Assembly: GCA_945871105.1 (NCBI GenBank)
Contig: CAMBUO010000005.1
Coordinates: 10,217-74,216 of the forward strand
DNA: 64,000 nt
Direction of reading: 5' to 3'
DNA from: an uncultured Clostridia bacterium
GTDB lineage: Bacteria; Bacillota_I; Bacilli_A; RF39; UBA660
Shown here: piece after piece, positions 60,020-64,000 of the stretch
Position numbering within the stretch: the stretch's first letter is position 1
Layout: every line of letters begins with the position of its first letter
Notes under the pieces: generated by a model
Told to the model about the DNA's origin: nothing
Database searches by the model: none
The model's input: the letters and a program-made list of their open reading frames with translations, nothing else
Translations under genes and position numbers: made by a program

Positions 60020-60898
60020 ATGTTAATAATTGGATCACATGTTAGTTTTAATAAAGAAAAACAATTAATGGGAAGTTTAGATGAAGCTTTATCATATGGA
60101 TCTAATACTTTTATGTTTTATACAGGAGCTCCTCAAAATACTAAAAGATATGAAATAAATGATAATTTAACTAATCATGCTTTAGAAAAAATGAAAAATA
60201 ATAATATTGATATTAATAACATTATTGTTCATGCTCCATATATTATTAATCTAGCTAATGATAAAGAAAACGATAAATATGATTTTTCTATTAATTTTTT
60301 AAAACAAGAAATAGAAAGATGTGAAGAATTAAAAATATCTTATTTAGTTTTACATCCAGGTAGTCATGTTGGTTTAGGAATAGAAAAAGGAATTAATAAT
60401 ATTATTTATGCTTTAAATGAAGTTTTAAAAGATGATAAAAATGTTACGATTCTTTTAGAAACAATGGCTGGAAAAGGAACTGAAGTTGGAAGTAATTTTC
60501 AAGAATTAAAAGCAATAATTGATGGTATTGATAAAAAAGAATTGATTGGTGTTTGTATGGATACATGTCATTTAAATGATAGTGGTTATGATATAACAGA
60601 TTTTGACAGTATATTAGATGAATTTGATCGTATAGTCGGTTTATCTTATTTAAAATGTATACATATTAATGATAGCAAGAATATTAAAGGTGCTAAAAAA
60701 GATCGACATGAAAATATTGGCTATGGAACAATTGGCTTTGATACATTAATTAAGATTATTTATAATCCAAAATTAGATAATATTCCAAAAATCTTAGAAA
60801 CTCCTTATATAAATGATAAACCACCTTATAAAGAAGAAATAACTATGATAAGAGAAAAAAAATTTAATGATAATTTAAAAAATCTGTTTGAAAAGTAA
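60020..60898 (+). CDS. nfo: Endonuclease IV
   Basis: IGSHVS, HAPYIINL, VLHPGS, CxDTCH and ETP segments of the AP endonuclease 2 family are present. Confidence 0.85.
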   Translation: MLIIGSHVSFNKEKQLMGSLDEALSYGSNTFMFYTGAPQNTKRYEINDNLTNHALEKMKNNNIDINNIIVHAPYIINLANDKENDKYDFSINFLKQEIERCEELKISYLVLHPGSHVGLGIEKGINNIIYALNEVLKDDKNVTILLETMAGKGTEVGSNFQELKAIIDGIDKKELIGVCMDTCHLNDSGYDITDFDSILDEFDRIVGLSYLKCIHINDSKNIKGAKKDRHENIGYGTIGFDTLIKIIYNPKLDNIPKILETPYINDKPPYKEEITMIREKKFNDNLKNLFEK

Positions 60899-60922
60899 AA
60901 AAAAGTATGTTATAATTAAGAT

Positions 60923-61110
60923 GTCTAGATAATTTGATACATTGTTAGTATAAATCCTACAGAAAATATTATACGGGAATCCTGATCAATAGTTGGTGTT
61001 GAATGCTTGAGTGTGAGTTCTCGAGAATCCTAAAAACTAGTATGGATACCCACCTGATTATAAATCGGGTTTAATTCGCCAATGGTCGGTTTTCTGGATG
61101 TAAAAAAGTG
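60923..61110 (+). ncRNA. Candidate structured RNA or long 5' leader of the sigma factor gene
   Basis: An extended -10 element (TGTTATAAT) lies at 60908..60916. The region is locally GC-enriched. ATCC(TA)CAGAAAA at 60954..60966 can pair with TTTTCTGGAT at 61090..61099. GAATCCTGATCAATAGTTGGTG at 60977..60998 can pair imperfectly with CACCTGATTATAAATCGGGTTTAATTC at 61051..61077. Confidence 0.3.
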
Positions 61111-61195
61111 TAAATAAGAAATAGTAATTTGACACTTATTGTCGAACCTATTTCTTTTTCTTTACACTTATTATATATTCTTCATGGTGATAGAA

Positions 61196-61831
61196 ATGAA
61201 TGAAGAGTTAAAAGAATTAATTATTAATAATCAAAATTTAATCTATAGTATTGCTAGTAAATTCAAAGGGGATAAAGAAGATCTATTTCAAGCAGGTTGT
61301 TTAGGATTACTTGATGCTTATAAAAAATATAATCCAAATTATAATACAAAGTTTACAACATATGCTTATCCTTTTATAATGGGAGAAATGTATAAATATG
61401 TTTTAGGCGATAAAAATATTAAATTATCTCCAGAAATTGTTAAATTAAATATAGCTATTAAAAATGCTGAAGATTATTTAACACAAAAATTTAAAAGAGG
61501 ACCTACCGATATAGAATTATCTAGTTTTTTAGAAATACCAGTTTATAAATTAGTTGAAACTAGAAATTGCTATCAAACTTTAAGTTTAGATGATGATACA
61601 AATGAATCTAGTTTATATGATTTCGTTAGTTCAGATGATGTTTCTAAAGATGATTTAATTCTTTTAAGAGATGCTCTAAATAGGTTAGAAGCAAAAGAAA
61701 AAGAATTAATTATTAAAAGATATTTTTACAATAAAACTCAGCAAGAAGTTGCTAACGAATTAGGTATTAATCAAGTTAAAGTTAGTCGAGAAGAAGGAAA
61801 AGTTTTAACTAAATTAAAAAAATATATGTAA
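61196..61831 (+). CDS. Group-3 sigma-70 family sigma factor (SigF/SigG/SigB-like)
   Basis: DLFQAGCLGLLDAYKKY, TYAYPFIMGEMYKYV and the region 4 segment TQQEVANELGINQVKVSREEGKVL are present. A GGTGA RBS precedes the ATG at 61196. Confidence 0.75.
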   Translation: MNEELKELIINNQNLIYSIASKFKGDKEDLFQAGCLGLLDAYKKYNPNYNTKFTTYAYPFIMGEMYKYVLGDKNIKLSPEIVKLNIAIKNAEDYLTQKFKRGPTDIELSSFLEIPVYKLVETRNCYQTLSLDDDTNESSLYDFVSSDDVSKDDLILLRDALNRLEAKEKELIIKRYFYNKTQQEVANELGINQVKVSREEGKVLTKLKKYM

Positions 61832-61859
61832 AAATATAATTCTATGTTATACTTAAAAA

Positions 61860-62351
61860 GTGGAGGTAGAAATGAGTAAATTTTGTTCTAATTGTGGCAA
61901 AGAGATTCCAGAAAATAGTACATTTTGTCCTAGCTGTGGAACCTCAATAGGAGGAACTAATTCAAATCAAAATAATAGTAATAATACTAGTATTAATGCA
62001 CCTGTATTAGAATATAGGGATATAGCAATAGCTATTATTTTATCAATAGTAACTTGTGGTATCTATGGAATTTTTTGGATTATTTCTTTAACTAATGATG
62101 CTAATAAAGTTTCTGATCGTCCAACTGATACAAGTGGTGGTATGGTCATATTATTAACACTTATAACTTGCGGTATTTATGGTATCTATTGGAACTATAA
62201 AATGGGTCAAAAAATATATGAAGCAGGACAAAGATATAACAAATCAATTAGCGATAATTCAGTTTTATATTTAGTATTATCTCTTTTTGGTCTAGCAATT
62301 GTAAACTATGCTTTAATGCAAAGTGATTTAAATAAGTTTTCTAACAAATGA
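61860..62351 (+). CDS. Zinc-ribbon plus DUF4234-like membrane protein
   Basis: CSNCGKEIPENSTFCPSCG is followed by two TCGIYGI(F/Y)W repeats. Confidence 0.6.
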   Translation: MEVEMSKFCSNCGKEIPENSTFCPSCGTSIGGTNSNQNNSNNTSINAPVLEYRDIAIAIILSIVTCGIYGIFWIISLTNDANKVSDRPTDTSGGMVILLTLITCGIYGIYWNYKMGQKIYEAGQRYNKSISDNSVLYLVLSLFGLAIVNYALMQSDLNKFSNK

Positions 62352-62728
62352 AAAAGCGATTAATTAAAATTATATTATTAAATACTTTAATAGTTATCAT
62401 TTCATTGATTTATTATTTTATTAATAAATATTTTTATATTGGTATTCCTTGTTTATTTTATCAAATAACAGGTTTAAAATGTCCGGGATGTGGAATTACT
62501 AGATTAATATTTTCGTTAATAAAATTAGATTTTAGGCAAGCATTTTTCTATAATCCTTTAGTCTTTATTTTATTACCTTTTATTGTTTTTTATATAATTT
62601 ATCAAGAATATTTATATATTACTAAAAAAGAAGATAAAATAATAAAAAAGATACCAAGTTATATTTACTATGTATTAATTATAATTTTAATTATCTATGC
62701 AATACTTAGAAATATCTTTGTTTTTTAG
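62348..62728 (+). CDS. DUF2752-like membrane protein
   Basis: CLFYQITGLKCPGCGITR is followed by TM segments. Confidence 0.55.
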   Translation: MKKRLIKIILLNTLIVIISLIYYFINKYFYIGIPCLFYQITGLKCPGCGITRLIFSLIKLDFRQAFFYNPLVFILLPFIVFYIIYQEYLYITKKEDKIIKKIPSYIYYVLIIILIIYAILRNIFVF

Positions 62729-62793
62729 TCTAAGCAATATTTTATTACATAAAATTAATTATGAATAAGATATTGCTTTCTTTTATATTAACT

Positions 62794-63100
62794 AAGTATA
62801 GCAGGTTTATCAACTATTCTTGGTTATTTTATTATTTACATAAAAGGTAATAAAAATAAAATTATTTCTAGCCATTGCTAGTGGAGTAATGTTAACTATT
62901 TCTGTAACTGATCTTATACCATAATCTTTTACTTATTTAAAAGATTATAATTTCTTTTTTAGATTATTATTAATTACCTTTTCTTTTATTTTAGGAATAT
63001 TTTTATCATATTATATTTCTTTAAAAGTAGAAAAAGAACATACTAACTATTAAAAAAAATAGGAAGCTATTATTTTACATAATATACCGGAAGATTGTAG
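62794..63100 (+). pseudogene. Decayed ZIP (ZupT-like) metal transporter gene
   Basis: The fragments SIAGLSTILGYF, LAIASGVMLTISVTDLIP* (TAA where Glu is expected) and AIILHNIPE lie in different frames. No intact start or end is present. Confidence 0.6.
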
Positions 63101-63137
63101 TTACTATGTATCATAATTGAAATATTTGTTTAAAATA

Positions 63138-63178
63138 AAAACTACCAAGATAATTTATATTATTATTTTGGTAGTTTA
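63138..63178 (-). terminator. Terminator downstream of the toxin gene
   Basis: The stem AAACTACCAA / TTGGTAGTTT is followed by a T-rich run when read on the minus strand. Confidence 0.6.
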
Positions 63179-63195
63179 TTGAGTTTTTGTAAGTG

Positions 63196-63666
63196 TTATT
63201 TCAATTCGTCTTCCATTTGTTTTTTGATTTTATCAATATCAGTAAAGAAAAAATTAAGACCTTTCTTTTTTAATTTTAACATTTGTTTAAAATTTTCTAG
63301 AATTTCATCACAAGTTGTACTAATAACTTTCGCAGGTTTGCCATTGTCCAAAACGTGTGCATGATCAATATATTTTTCTAATGTTGGAAATGCATTTTGG
63401 ATTAATATAGCTGATTCATTACCTAAAATATCTCTAATAAGGATAGAATTACAAACACCATATTTTTCCATTTTTTTATCAACTATCTTTTTATATTTAT
63501 CTACTTTACTACTAAGTGGGATAAACCATAATATATCTTTATCTTTTATAGTAAAATAAGTTGGACGTTTTTTGCCACGTTCATGATTTGTCATTAAATT
63601 TTCATCATTTACTATATCAAAAAATTCATCTTTAATATGATATAAATATCCAGTTTCTATTTTCAA
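63196..63666 (-). CDS. Type III toxin-antitoxin toxin (ToxN/AbiQ-like endoribonuclease)
   Basis: A 156-aa protein with the (F/L)Y-x-(I/V) N-terminus and the W-F-I-PLSSK segment typical of ToxN/AbiQ-like proteins. It uses a TTG start 10 nt after AAGGAG. Tandem RNA repeats and a terminator lie immediately upstream. Confidence 0.7.
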   Translation of the reverse strand: MKIETGYLYHIKDEFFDIVNDENLMTNHERGKKRPTYFTIKDKDILWFIPLSSKVDKYKKIVDKKMEKYGVCNSILIRDILGNESAILIQNAFPTLEKYIDHAHVLDNGKPAKVISTTCDEILENFKQMLKLKKKGLNFFFTDIDKIKKQMEDELK

Positions 63667-63699
63667 TTAGTATCAACTCCTTGTGTATATCATTTTATC

Positions 63700-63739
63700 A
63701 TAAAACAAAAGAAAACTCCATTATATTAATAGAGTTTTC
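63700..63739 (-). terminator. Terminator between the antitoxin repeats and the toxin
   Basis: Read on the minus strand: GAAAACTC, a 13-nt loop, GAGTTTTC, then TTTTGTTTTAT. Confidence 0.7.
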
Positions 63740-63740
63740 A

Positions 63741-63850
63741 AAACATTTTCGTTCGGGATAATTTATTACTCGCACCACCCGAGAGCGAGAAACATTGTCG
63801 ACCGGAATAATTTATTACTCGCACCATCCGGGAGCGAGAAACATTTTCTT
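63741..63850 (-). ncRNA. Candidate type III antitoxin RNA: two full 49-nt tandem repeats plus a partial third
   Basis: Units start at 63741, 63790 and 63839 (the last is partial). Each unit has a CTCGC/GCGAG hairpin and a second helix supported by compensatory changes between the units. Confidence 0.75.
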
Positions 63851-63878
63851 CTTAAAGCACTCTTTCAAATGCAATAAT

Positions 63879-63907
63879 AATATACTATATTTCATGCAAA
63901 AAGTCAA
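63879..63907 (-). promoter_or_regulatory. Sigma-A-type promoter of the repeat-toxin transcript
   Basis: Read on the minus strand: TTGACT, a 17-nt spacer, then TATATT. It lies about 30 nt upstream of the first repeat. Confidence 0.6.
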
Positions 63908-64000
63908 TAAAATCGGCAAATTTTCATTTGCATTAATATTATATGAAATTAATTATTTTTTAAACATAATATTAATATAAATTTCAATTATTACATAAAA

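Noticed and set aside
63741-63850. Possible miniature CRISPR array (direct repeats near the window end).
   Set aside because: The 49-nt units are directly contiguous with no spacers and there are only two full copies. A promoter lies upstream, and a terminator and a ToxN-like gene lie downstream. This fits a type III antitoxin RNA, not CRISPR.
63795-63980. 61-aa plus-strand ORF overlapping the repeats and promoter.
   Set aside because: It lies on the opposite strand across the repeat array and promoter. It has no RBS and a low-complexity product, so it is most likely spurious.
1-64000. Prophage, transposon or integrative element.
   Set aside because: No integrase, transposase, recombinase, phage structural gene or terminal inverted repeat was recognised. 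The only accessory signatures are the duplication, the two pseudogenes and the TA locus.

Overview
This is a very AT-rich chromosomal segment from an endospore-forming Firmicute. It uses the standard bacterial code: Trp is TGG and TGA ends several ORFs.

The backbone is housekeeping and sporulation genes, often in Bacillus-like synteny:
- rpsT divergent from gpr
- guaD-like deaminase, dnaI and an RNB exoribonuclease
- an agmatine deiminase cluster (antiporter paralog, ptcA-like, aguD-like, aguA)
- spoVAC-AD-AE
- ksgA-yabG-veg on the minus strand
- a P-type ATPase and a VanW protein
- the str operon (rpsL-rpsG-fusA-tuf)
- a T-box-controlled long-form ileS
- rsmI, CotF-like coat genes, tmRNA, nfo and a group-3 sigma factor

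Several unusual items sit among these:
1. A complete type III toxin-antitoxin locus at the right end. It has a promoter, two full 49-nt tandem RNA repeats with compensatory base changes, a terminator and a ToxN/AbiQ-like toxin.
2. A sigma-factor-centred cluster of surface proteins. The first gene carries two about 80-bp GC-rich islands rich in NNC codons, at equivalent positions of two repeated modules. This resembles variable regions of a diversity-generating retroelement, but no reverse transcriptase or template repeat is visible here.
3. A protein made of two ClpX-like AAA+ halves, followed by an iPGM-like protein that appears to have lost all catalytic residues.
4. An S12 protein with non-canonical residues at the two classical streptomycin-resistance positions.
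5. A 1301-bp tandem duplication that reuses a gene 3' end, a promoter and a signal anchor in front of an unrelated extracellular domain.
6. Decayed Fic-like and ZIP-transporter genes.

No CRISPR array, rRNA, tRNA or transposase was seen. All calls come from reading the sequence and remembered family motifs; no searches were run.
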